64,000 nt of DNA from Candidatus Sysuimicrobiota bacterium (lineage in GTDB: Bacteria; Sysuimicrobiota; Sysuimicrobiia; Sysuimicrobiales; Sysuimicrobiaceae): assembly GCA_040289515.1 (NCBI GenBank), contig PSLI01000007.1:29-64028 (forward strand), in the 5' to 3' direction. The notes beneath the pieces were generated by a model that was not told the DNA's origin, searched no databases, and saw only the letters and a program-made list of their open reading frames with translations. The position numbers and the translations under genes were made by a program. This document shows positions 26,780 through 35,990 of the stretch, piece by piece; position 1 is the first letter of the stretch; each line of letters begins with the position of its first letter.

Positions 26780-27247
26780 TCACCGCTTCACCCGCAGCAG
26801 CACTGCCCGCGCAAGGGGCCGGTGAGGATCCGGTCCGTACACTACCACCTGCACCCGCCGGGGGCCGCATCCGTCCCGCGGACCTCCCTCCACCGGCTCG
26901 TCCTCTATGCGCACCTCCGCTCGCTGCAGGGGCGGTTCGGGTACGGGCTCACCCACGTCGGCCTGCTCAGGCAGCACCCGCACCGTGGGCAAGGGCGGCG
27001 GCGCGTCCAACATGCATTGGGAGGGAGTCCGGAACCGCGCGTAGTCGAGGCTGCGCAGGTATTCCAGCTCGGCCTGTGCGTAGCGTGCTGCCCGTGCCGG
27101 GAGGCTCGTGGGCCCGCCCGGAGATCCCATGGCAGCAACCACGAGCCTGTGGAGGGGCCACGAGACGGCCAGTACGAGCGCGACCAACTGGACGGATACG
27201 AGGACCTCGACCAGACTCCACCCGGCTTGCTTCGCTGGCCGGCGCAT
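26780..27247 (-). CDS. Type IV minor pilin, PilV-like (module 3)
   Basis: ATG 27247. MRRPAKQAG|WSLVEVLVSVQLVALVLAV...AQAELEYLRSLDY, which parallels QGELDYLRSRGY in the module-2 PilV. Confidence 0.65.
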   Translation of the reverse strand: MRRPAKQAGWSLVEVLVSVQLVALVLAVSWPLHRLVVAAMGSPGGPTSLPARAARYAQAELEYLRSLDYARFRTPSQCMLDAPPPLPTVRVLPEQADVGEPVPEPPLQRAEVRIEDEPVEGGPRDGCGPRRVQVVVYGPDPHRPLARAVLLRVKR

Positions 27248-27358
27248 GTTCCGCCCCCCTTGGTCTTTCCGCAGGAGAGAACGTTCCAGAAGGGCGGTTT
27301 TGCACGCGGCGGGGTTTAAGCTTCGCCCGGAGGCCAAGGCCCCGGTCGGGGCACCGGT

Positions 27359-28075
27359 TCAGCGTCCGATCAGACGGGCTATCATCCGCAGGTACTGAGC
27401 CACGGTCCGGAGAGGAGGCAGCTTGCTCCGGCCGCGCTTGAGGTCGTACCGGAGCACGATGGGGACCTCCCGAACCCTGGGGTGCAGTCCCCGCAACTTC
27501 ACGAGGAGTTCGGTCATCACTGCGAACCCCTGGGACTCCACCAGCCGGTCCCCGTAACGCCGCTGGGCCTCCTGGAGCAGCTCCACCCGATAGGCCCGGA
27601 ACCCACAGGTGAAGTCCCTGACTCCGGGCAGGGGGAACAGAACGCTCAGCAGCAAGCGGGCTCCCAGGCTCAAAAGGCGCCGCACGGGTGGCACACCCTC
27701 CACGCGGGCGCCGCGACGGTAACGGGAAGCGATGGCAAGGTCGGCTGTCTCCACGGCGGCCACAAGGTCCGGAATCTGCGCCGGCAGGTGGCTGCCATCC
27801 GCGTCAAGGGTCACCAGGAGGTCTCCGGGCGCAGCCCGTTCCAGCACGTACCACAGGCCGGTGCGGATGGCCCGGCCGAGCCCCAGGTTCTGCTCGTGGC
27901 GCACGAGGGTGGGGCGCAGGGGTCCCGGCCAGGCTCCCACCACGGCACCCGTCCTGTCCGTACTTCCGTCGTCCACCACCACGACGCGAAGCTCCTGCCC
28001 CAGCGCCGCCAGCTGCCGCAGGAGGTCCGGCAGGTTCTCTTCTTCGTTGTAGGCAGGGAGCACCACCCACACCAT
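27359..28075 (-). CDS. GT2 glycosyltransferase, polyprenyl-phosphate sugar synthase-like (DPM1/GtrB/ArnC type)
   Basis: MVWVVLPAYNEEENL...VVVVDDGSTDRT...LDADGSH. Only the last 238 codons of the 513-aa track ORF look real (ATG 28075). Confidence 0.8.
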   Translation of the reverse strand: MVWVVLPAYNEEENLPDLLRQLAALGQELRVVVVDDGSTDRTGAVVGAWPGPLRPTLVRHEQNLGLGRAIRTGLWYVLERAAPGDLLVTLDADGSHLPAQIPDLVAAVETADLAIASRYRRGARVEGVPPVRRLLSLGARLLLSVLFPLPGVRDFTCGFRAYRVELLQEAQRRYGDRLVESQGFAVMTELLVKLRGLHPRVREVPIVLRYDLKRGRSKLPPLRTVAQYLRMIARLIGR

Positions 28076-28085
28076 GGTTCCTCGA

Positions 28086-28137
28086 ATCGGTTCCACGTAC
28101 CTGTTCCCCCTTCCTGGAACCGGTACCAGGTACCTGG
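28086..28137. repeat. REP-like pair e (half copy plus copy with truncated left arm)
   Basis: atcGGTTCCACGTACCtg, a 9-nt spacer, then CCTGG-AACCGGTA-CCAGGTACC-TGG. Confidence 0.75.
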
Positions 28138-28207
28138 TGCAAAAACCGCCTGGTCGAGCGTTCACTCCACGGAAGGCCAAGCGGCCACGGTCAAGGTGGG
28201 GAGGTGA

Positions 28208-28813
28208 GTGATGCCCCGCAAGCCCCGGGTGGACGTCCCCGGAACCGTCTACCACATCACGGCCCGCGGCAACCACCAGCAGCGGATCTTCTACACCCCC
28301 AAGGACTACCACGTGTACCTCCGCCTGCTCCGGGAGGCCACACAGCGGTTCGGCCTGCGGGTGCTCGCCTACGCCCTGCTCCCCAACCACGTCCACCTGC
28401 TGTGCCGCCGGGGACCGGTCGCGCTCGCCAAGGTCATGCACGACGTGCAGCGCCGGTTTGCGCTGCACCACAACCGCCAGCTGGGTCTTCGCGGCCATGT
28501 GTTCCAGGACCGGTATCACGCCAAGCTGTGCGAGGAAGAAGGGTACCTGTGGGCGGTGGTGCGGTACATCCACAACAACCCTGTGCAAGCAGGGCTGTGC
28601 GACCACCCGGAGGACTACCCGTGGACCAGCTACCACGCGTACGCCCTGGGGCGGTGGGACCTGGTGAACCGGGAGGAAGCAGAGTTGCTCTGCCCCGCAG
28701 AAGCGGTCGTGGACCTGCCGCCCGGGCAGAAGGCGTACAAGCCGGCTGGAAGGGGATCCCGGGCGCAGAGGGTACCTCGCGCAGGGGAGCTGTGGCTCGC
28801 AGGCGGCAGCTGA
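28208..28813 (+). CDS. REP-associated tyrosine transposase (RAYT) / IS200-like Y1 HUH transposase
   Basis: PRKPRVDVPGTVYHITARGNHQQRIF, HUH motif PNHVHLL and catalytic Tyr context VVRYIHNNPVQAGL. I saw no TnpB-like partner ORF in the track beside it. Confidence 0.8.
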   Translation: MMPRKPRVDVPGTVYHITARGNHQQRIFYTPKDYHVYLRLLREATQRFGLRVLAYALLPNHVHLLCRRGPVALAKVMHDVQRRFALHHNRQLGLRGHVFQDRYHAKLCEEEGYLWAVVRYIHNNPVQAGLCDHPEDYPWTSYHAYALGRWDLVNREEAELLCPAEAVVDLPPGQKAYKPAGRGSRAQRVPRAGELWLAGGS

Positions 28814-29073
28814 GAGGTGCAGCCCGCGGGCCGGATACACCCTGTGGGGGAGCTCTTCAATCCGGTGAGCGTCTGCGGAAGTCTTCCCCTCGTCCACCAC
28901 CGTAGCAAGCGAGCGCTGCGACCGAACCTGACCGCACGCCGGCCCTTCCCGAGCTGCCGCTCGTGCTTGCCCTACGTACGCTCGCCTGTGAGCAACCCAA
29001 CCCCACCGGTCACCCCTACCCCTCTTTTCCCCCCAGCACAGGGGGCCTCACGCCATTGGTGGGCTGGGCCGGC

Positions 29074-29125
29074 AGTACCTGATACCGGTTCCACCTTGCG
29101 GTACCTGGTACCGGTTCCAGGTACC
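29074..29125. repeat. REP-like pair f (two TACCGGTT-loop copies)
   Basis: aGTACCTGA-TACCGGTT-CCACCt followed by the perfect GGTACCTGG-TACCGGTT-CCAGGTACC. Confidence 0.85.
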
Positions 29126-29132
29126 GGGTAGC

Positions 29133-29924
29133 CTACACGGGTGGGCTGAAGCGGCCGTCCACCGCGGTCCAGCCTCCGTCCACCACCAGCACCGAACCCG
29201 TAACGTAGCTCGCGGCGTCCGAAGCGAGGTACACGATGGTGCCCGCGATCTCCTCGGGTTTCGCCCAGCGTCCCAGGGCGGAGCGCTCCGCGTACGCCGC
29301 GTACCACGCGGGATCCTGTTGAATGGGCCGCGTGAGGGGGGTCTCCACCACGCCCGGGGCGACCGCGTTCACCCGCACCCCCCATGGCCCCAGCTCCGCC
29401 GCCAGGGTCCTCACCATCTGCACGATCCCCGCCTTCGTGGCGGCGTACACACCCTGTCCTGGCTCCACCACCTGGGCACGGATGGAAGCAAGGGCCACGA
29501 TGCTGCCGCGGCCCTGCTCGGCCATGCGGCGACCGGCGGTCCGCAGGACGTGGAATGTACCCCTCAGGTTCACGGCCACCACCCGGTCGAACTCCTCGTC
29601 CGTGTACTGCACCAGGGGCTTGCGGATGTTGATGGCAGGGGTCACCACCACCACATCCAACGATCCCCAGCGCCCGCACACCCTTTCTGTCAGTTCCTCC
29701 ACGGAGGTGGGGTCCGTGACATCCACGGGGTCGCTCTCCGCGCGCCCGCCTGCCTGTACCACCGCCTCCGCGGTGGCCCGGGCCGCCTCCTCCCGAACGT
29801 CCGCACATACCACCTGAGCCCCATGGGCTGCCAGAGCCTGCGCGGCCGCGGCGCCGATCCCCGACCCAGCACCCACGACCAGGGCCACCCGTCCATCCAG
29901 CCGGAACAGCCGGGAGTAGTCCAC
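29133..29924 (-). CDS. SDR-family oxidoreductase
   Basis: VALVVGAGSGIGAA Rossmann motif and the YAATKAG catalytic YxxxK. Confidence 0.85.
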   Translation of the reverse strand: MDYSRLFRLDGRVALVVGAGSGIGAAAAQALAAHGAQVVCADVREEAARATAEAVVQAGGRAESDPVDVTDPTSVEELTERVCGRWGSLDVVVVTPAINIRKPLVQYTDEEFDRVVAVNLRGTFHVLRTAGRRMAEQGRGSIVALASIRAQVVEPGQGVYAATKAGIVQMVRTLAAELGPWGVRVNAVAPGVVETPLTRPIQQDPAWYAAYAERSALGRWAKPEEIAGTIVYLASDAASYVTGSVLVVDGGWTAVDGRFSPPV

Positions 29925-29939
29925 CGCTCACCTCCACCC

Positions 29940-31181
29940 TCAGCGTCCCAGAGCGTACACCACCGTGGCGGCGTAGATGCGGGCCGCCTGCACCAGCTCC
30001 TCCACCTCCACGTACTCGTCCACCTGGTGCGGCATCTCCCGACGGCCGGGCCCGATCACCACCACGGGCAGGCCCGCCCACGCCGCGAGGAACGTGCCGT
30101 CCGTGGCGCCTGGCACCCCGCCGTAGCGCGGAGGCCGGCCGGTGACCAGCCGCACCGCGTCCTCCACAGCCCGCACTACCGCCGCGTCCTGCGGGGTCTC
30201 CGTCCACGGGCGGTCCTCCACTACCTCGATCCCGGCTTCCACCCCTTCGTGACCCTGCGCAGCCTGCAGCGCGGCGCGGCGTACAGCCTCCCGCAGCGCC
30301 CCGTGGTCCTGCCCCGGGACGGTCCGCACGTCCACCGTTACCTGCGCCTCTCCCGCCATCACGTTGAACTGCGCGTCCCCCCTGGCGGGAGCCCGGAAGG
30401 TGGTGGGTGTCACCCACGGCAGCCCAAGGTGCGGATGGGGCGTGCACCTCGCCTGCTCGGCCGCCTGCAGCTCCTGCAACGACAGCACGAAGCGCGCCGC
30501 GGCAGGAATGGGGTTGGCACCCGCATAGGGCATAGCCCCGTGCGCCTGCCGGCCCCGGAAGACCGCCCGGACCCGAAGCGCACCCTTCTGCGCCAGGCAG
30601 ATCTCGTTCTCCTCGGGCTCGCACACCACCGCGCCGTGGAAACCGTCCGCGAACCCCGCCCGCACGAAGGCCTTGACGCCCGCCATCATACCTTCCTCGT
30701 CCACCAAGGCCGCCAGCCGCACCCGACCCCTGAGACCCCCCGGTGCCCGCCGCCGCACGGTGTCCGCGGCCACCACAGCTGCCGCCAGTCCCCCCTTCAT
30801 GTCGCACGCGCCGCGCCCGTACAGCCGCCCCGCCACCACCTCCCCGCCGAAGGGGTCGTGGGACCACGCCGTGGGGTCGCCCTCCGTCACCACGTCCGTG
30901 TGGCCCTCCAGGAGCAGCCCGAAGCCCGGATCCTCTGCCTCCCAGTCCGCGATCACGTTGGGCCGGCTCGGGAACACCTCCTGCACGAAGACCCTGAACC
31001 CGCGCCGGTGCAGCTCCTCCGCGAGGAAGGCCGCCACCTGTGCCTCGTTGGACGTAGGGTCACCGGGCCGCACCACGCTGGGGACGCGGACCAGCCGCCG
31101 GGCGAGGTCCACCAGCTCCTCTGCGTCCACCGCGCGGGCAGCCTCCCACGCGCGTTCGTCCAACGAAGGAACCTGAGGCAT
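29940..31181 (-). CDS. M20-family metallopeptidase (ArgE/DapE/acetylornithine deacetylase-like)
   Basis: LLLEGHTDVV...GRGACDMKGG motifs, 413 aa. Confidence 0.85.
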   Translation of the reverse strand: MPQVPSLDERAWEAARAVDAEELVDLARRLVRVPSVVRPGDPTSNEAQVAAFLAEELHRRGFRVFVQEVFPSRPNVIADWEAEDPGFGLLLEGHTDVVTEGDPTAWSHDPFGGEVVAGRLYGRGACDMKGGLAAAVVAADTVRRRAPGGLRGRVRLAALVDEEGMMAGVKAFVRAGFADGFHGAVVCEPEENEICLAQKGALRVRAVFRGRQAHGAMPYAGANPIPAAARFVLSLQELQAAEQARCTPHPHLGLPWVTPTTFRAPARGDAQFNVMAGEAQVTVDVRTVPGQDHGALREAVRRAALQAAQGHEGVEAGIEVVEDRPWTETPQDAAVVRAVEDAVRLVTGRPPRYGGVPGATDGTFLAAWAGLPVVVIGPGRREMPHQVDEYVEVEELVQAARIYAATVVYALGR

Positions 31182-31206
31182 GAACTCAACTTCCCCTTTT
31201 CCGTTT

Positions 31207-31890
31207 TTACCCTTCGCCTTCCTCTTCGGAGTGGAGGGGCAGGGCCACCGGCCGCTTCGTGCGGGCAGAAAGGTCGAAGGCCTTGCTCATCATGAGGCGT
31301 TGGTGTGCCTCCGCCGCGGTGGCGTGCGGGGTGGGGACACCCATGGACACGCGGTCCAGCCACGCCACGGTCTCCTCCCGCACGGGCCCCCACAGTTCCC
31401 CGAAGGCCACGTCGCCGGGCGGGTAGCTGCCGAGCAAGTCTACCAGGCGACTTTCGGGGGGCTGTAGTCCTCCATCTGGGGCGCACTCACGGCCAGTACC
31501 ACGTCCCGGTGGGTGTCGTCCACGGTGAGCACCCCCTCGGTGCCCACGATCCCGCCAGTGCAGGGTGGTGGCCAAGGGCTTCTCCACCAGCAGGGGGGAG
31601 GCCCCGGTCCACCGCGGCCAGGACGGGGGCCGCGTGCAGGTGCTCGTCCGTGGCCACCACCACGCAGTTGACCTCGGGCCGTGCCAGCAGTTCCTGGAAG
31701 CTCGTGGTCACGTAGTCCGCGCCCACCCGGCGGGCCAGGGCCTCTCCCCGTTCGGGGATCCGCTGCGCAATACCCATCCACCACGCCGCGGGGTGCCGAG
31801 TTGCCGCTTGGCCCGGAAGGTCCCCACACGGCCTGCGCCCACCACCGCCACACCGAGTGTGCGCAGGCGCTTTCTTTCCACGGCGGTCAT
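31207..31890 (-). pseudogene. Gfo/Idh/MocA-family oxidoreductase pseudogene (frameshifted and internally deleted)
   Basis: Family pieces are scattered over three frames: LGVAVVGAGRVG (Rossmann), ARRVGADYVTTSFQELLARPEVNCVVVATDEHLHAAPVLAAVDRG, VEKPLATTL, and a C-terminal piece. The total span is only 684 nt, whereas as I recall intact family members are considerably longer. Confidence 0.7.
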
Positions 31891-31964
31891 CTCCCTCCTG
31901 GGCCTCCCTCAGACGGTCGGAGGGTAGCAGGCGCGGCCTTCCCGCGTCACCCCTCGGCTTCGGT

Positions 31965-31993
31965 TTGACACCTCCGGGTGCCAACCGTAGAAT
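31965..31993 (+). promoter_or_regulatory. sigma70-type promoter of tRNA-Ile
   Basis: TTGACA, 17 nt, TAGAAT. The -10 element ends 11 nt before the tRNA 5' end. Confidence 0.7.
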
Positions 31994-32004
31994 CGTGGTG
32001 CTCC

Positions 32005-32081
32005 GGGCCCTTAGCTCAGGTGGTCAGAGCGCGGTCCTGATAAGACCGAGGTCCGTGGTTCGAGTCCACGAGGGCCCACCA
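32005..32081 (+). tRNA. tRNA-Ile(GAT) with encoded CCA
   Basis: GGGCCCT acceptor pairs with AGGGCCC. Anticodon stem CGGTC/GACCG, loop CT-GAT-AA, TTCGAGT T-loop. Confidence 0.9.
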
Positions 32082-32094
32082 GCCGCAGCCACGC

Positions 32095-32487
32095 TTACTC
32101 CCTCACGGCGCCCGTTTGGTAAGCGCGCAGGAGCAGCGCGGCCACCGTGAGGGCCACCAAGGCCACCGCCCGCGCCTCGCGACCCGGCGGGATGGCCGCG
32201 CGGAGGAAGCCACGCGGCCGCAGCCCGACGCCAGCCAGCCCGCCCGCCAGGGACAAAAGTCCGTACAGCAGGTGCAGGCTGTCCGCTGGGCGGAAGCCCG
32301 CCAGGTACAGCCCCACCCCCGAGGCACCCTGCACCACCACGAGGGCCCCGCCAAACAGGTAGGCTACCCACAGCCACCCCGGGACCCTGCGGCGTGCCAG
32401 GTCCAGCACGAAGGCCACCAGGAAGACCCCTAAGTGCAGGACCACCGCGGTCCACAGGAGCGTTCGGAAGGCGTGGACGGTCAGCAC
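32095..32487 (-). CDS. Small integral membrane protein (4 predicted TM), unknown function
   Basis: 130-aa hydrophobic ORF with no recognisable motif. Confidence 0.5.
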   Translation of the reverse strand: MLTVHAFRTLLWTAVVLHLGVFLVAFVLDLARRRVPGWLWVAYLFGGALVVVQGASGVGLYLAGFRPADSLHLLYGLLSLAGGLAGVGLRPRGFLRAAIPPGREARAVALVALTVAALLLRAYQTGAVRE

Positions 32488-32581
32488 CCTTTACGGGATT
32501 CGACGCCCCCCGCCGCCGCCCTGCCCGAAAACAAGCGGGGAGGGCGGTGCACCCTCCCCGCGACCCTGTACGCTGAGGCGC

Positions 32582-34189
<1,608 letters not shown>

Positions 34190-34501
34190 TCAGGCCCTCG
34201 TGGCCGCGGGCTCCCGCTCCACGATGGCCAGGATGTCGCTCTGCCGCAGGATCAGGTACTCCTCATCCCCGATCTTCACCTCGGTGCCCGCGTACTTGGC
34301 GAACAGCACGCGGTCCCCTACCTTGACATCCATGGGCAGGCGCCGGCCGTCCTCCGTGAGGGCTCCGGGGCCCACCGCCAGCACTTCCCCGTGCTGGGGC
34401 TTCTCCTTCGCTACGTCGGGCAGCACGATGCCGCCCTTGGTGCGCTCCTCCTCCTCCAAGGGCTTGACCACCACGCGGTCACCCAGGGGCTTCAGGTTCA
34501 T
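34190..34501 (-). CDS. groES: Co-chaperonin GroES
   Basis: [32 protein letters not shown] 34501 after AAGGAGGGAGG. Confidence 0.95.
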   Translation of the reverse strand: MNLKPLGDRVVVKPLEEEERTKGGIVLPDVAKEKPQHGEVLAVGPGALTEDGRRLPMDVKVGDRVLFAKYAGTEVKIGDEEYLILRQSDILAIVEREPAATRA

Positions 34502-34542
34502 AGCGACCTCCCTCCTTGTGGCATTGGGATTGGAGCCTGCCG

Positions 34543-34569
34543 TTAGCACTCTCAGCTGGAGAGTGCTAA
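34543..34569 (-). promoter_or_regulatory. CIRCE operator (HrcA binding site)
   Basis: Perfect TTAGCACTC-N9-GAGTGCTAA, 42 nt upstream of groES. Confidence 0.9.
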
Positions 34570-34578
34570 TCCAGCCTT

Positions 34579-34607
34579 AGTGTAGGCGGGGGGCCGGCGC
34601 TGTGCAA
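34579..34607 (-). promoter_or_regulatory. sigma70-type groESL promoter
   Basis: The minus strand reads TTGCAC, 17 nt, TACACT, directly upstream of CIRCE. Confidence 0.6.
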
Positions 34608-34615
34608 GTCCTCCC

Positions 34616-34672
34616 TTGACGCGGGCAGATTGGGGCTCGTAGATTAAACATAGAGAAATTTTGATATGTTTA
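34616..34672 (+). promoter_or_regulatory. ArsR-gene promoter with overlapping inverted-repeat operator
   Basis: TTGACG, 18 nt, TAGATT, followed by the inverted repeat TAAACATA-N12-TATGTTTA (34645..34672) in an AT-rich patch. Confidence 0.55.
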
Positions 34673-34683
34673 GCTGAAATAGA

Positions 34684-35040
34684 GTGCCTGCCGCAGCCAA
34701 GCTCAAGCTAGGCGCCCTTACGCTGAAGGCAAAGCTGTTCCGCGGCTTTGCAGCAGGCTCTCGGCTGGCCATCCTGGAGACCCTTCGGGAGGGTCCCAAG
34801 ACGGTGGGCGAGATCGTAAGGGCCACCGGGCTGGCCCAACCGAACGCCTCCAGCCACCTCCAGTGTTTGTGGGACTGCGGGCTGGTGCAGCGGGAGCGGG
34901 AGGGGCGGTTCGTGCGGTACCGCCTGAGCGACCCCCGGGTGGACGCCTTGCTGGACCTCGCGGACCGGGTGCTGGCGGAGGTCGCGCGGGGGGTGTACCT
35001 GTGCACCCGGTACGCGCAGGAAGATCAGGGCGGGCGATAG
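34684..35040 (+). CDS. ArsR/SmtB-family metal-responsive transcriptional repressor
   Basis: LFRGFAAGSRLAILETLREGPKTVGEIVRATGLAQPNASSHLQCLWDCGLV is a wHTH with Cys residues in the helix region. Confidence 0.85.
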   Translation: MPAAAKLKLGALTLKAKLFRGFAAGSRLAILETLREGPKTVGEIVRATGLAQPNASSHLQCLWDCGLVQREREGRFVRYRLSDPRVDALLDLADRVLAEVARGVYLCTRYAQEDQGGR

Positions 35041-35100
35041 GGCAGGCATGCGTGTGCAGCGCGCCGCTGCCGGGCCGGTACCCGCTCGCACGCCGCCACG

Positions 35101-35990
35101 GTGATGCGCCTCCTGGGAGGCCTGTTTGGCGCGGTGCTGCTCCTCGCGGTGGTTGGCGAGCGCTCAGGGTTGCTGCAGACCGCAAGCCGCCGCGTCCCTG
35201 CGCTGGTGTGGGTGGCGTTCCTCCTGACGGCGGGCTGGCGTGTTCCGGAACGTGGTCGTCAGCGCCCTCCGGGGCCGCGTGACCTCCCACACCCTGATGA
35301 CGGTCGGGGTCGTGGCCGCGGCGGCCGTGGGTGAGTGGGCGGCTGCGGGGGGGGTGGTGTTCTTCATGCGGGTGGGTGAGTTCGTGGAACGTTACACCGC
35401 AGAGCGGGCGCAGGACGCACTGGCGCACTTGGTGCCTTTGAGCCCGCAGACGGCCTGGGTGGAGCACGGCGGGGCGGAGCTGGTCGTCCCCGCGGATCAG
35501 GTGCGACCGCGGGAGGTGGTGGTGGTGGTGCGGCCGGGCGAGGTCGTGTCCGTGGACGGACAGGTGGTGGAAGGGGCGGCCACCGTGGACCAGGCGGCCA
35601 TCACGGGGCGAGCCTTTGCCCGTGGAGGTGCTGCCGGGCTCCACGGTTTTCGCGGCGTCCGTGGTGCGTGCAGGCTACCTGCGGGTGCGCGCCACCGCCG
35701 CGGGCTCCGACAGCACCTTCGGTCGCATCCTGCGCGTGATACGGGAGGCGGAGGGGAACCCCAGGACGTTCCAGCTGGCCGCGGGCCGGTTCTCGGGCTA
35801 CTACCTGCCCGTGGTGGCCGGCGTGGCGGGCCTTACCTTCCTCCTGCGGGGTGAACCTCTGGCCGCGGCCAATGCTGGCGGTGGCCTGCTCGTGCTCCTT
35901 CGCCCTGGCCACGCCCGTGGCGGTGCTGGCCGCCGCGGGGGCGGCGCCCCCCAAAGGCGTCCTCGTGAAGGGCGGCCGGTTTCTGCCCAC
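35101..35990 (+). pseudogene. P1B-type heavy-metal ATPase pseudogene (3 frameshifts, truncated before the phosphorylation domain)
   Basis: Homology hops frames near 35240, 35616 and 35851. The pieces are TM helices, the actuator region VSVDGQVVEGAATVDQAAITG|.|MPVEVLPGSTVFAASVV..STFGRILRVIREAE, and then VACSCSFALATPVAVLAA..GVLVKGGRFL. CPC has become CSC, and I found no DKTGT or ATP-binding domain in the downstream translations. Confidence 0.75.

Larger units (their letters stand above)
28086..29125 (+). mobile_element. REPtron-like unit: RAYT gene bracketed by inverted REP-like repeats
   Basis: Upstream is a half copy (28086..28103) plus an AACCGGTA-loop copy (28113..28134). Downstream are two TACCGGTT-loop copies (29074..29095 and 29100..29125), the second perfect. 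This places opposite orientations on the two sides of the Y1 transposase gene. Confidence 0.65.

Noticed and set aside
27248-27358. Search for a fourth sigma54 promoter upstream of minor-pilin module 3
   Set aside because: The candidate GG/GC pairs (TGGAAC..., TTGGCC...) have spacings of 14-15 nt rather than 12, so there is no acceptable match.
27359-28900. 513-aa ORF suggesting a large protein spanning the GT2 gene and the antisense strand of the RAYT gene
   Set aside because: Only the C-terminal 238 aa (from MVWVVLPAYNEE) are GT2-like. The upstream part is antisense to the clearly coding RAYT gene and runs through the REP copies.
10736-29125. Recurring peptide YLVPVPG(T/R)G in several ORF translations, which could be mistaken for a protein repeat or a shared signal sequence
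   Set aside because: It is the translation of the dispersed palindromic DNA repeat (GGTACCTGG-N8-CCAGGTACC). Most occurrences are in non-coding or shadow frames.
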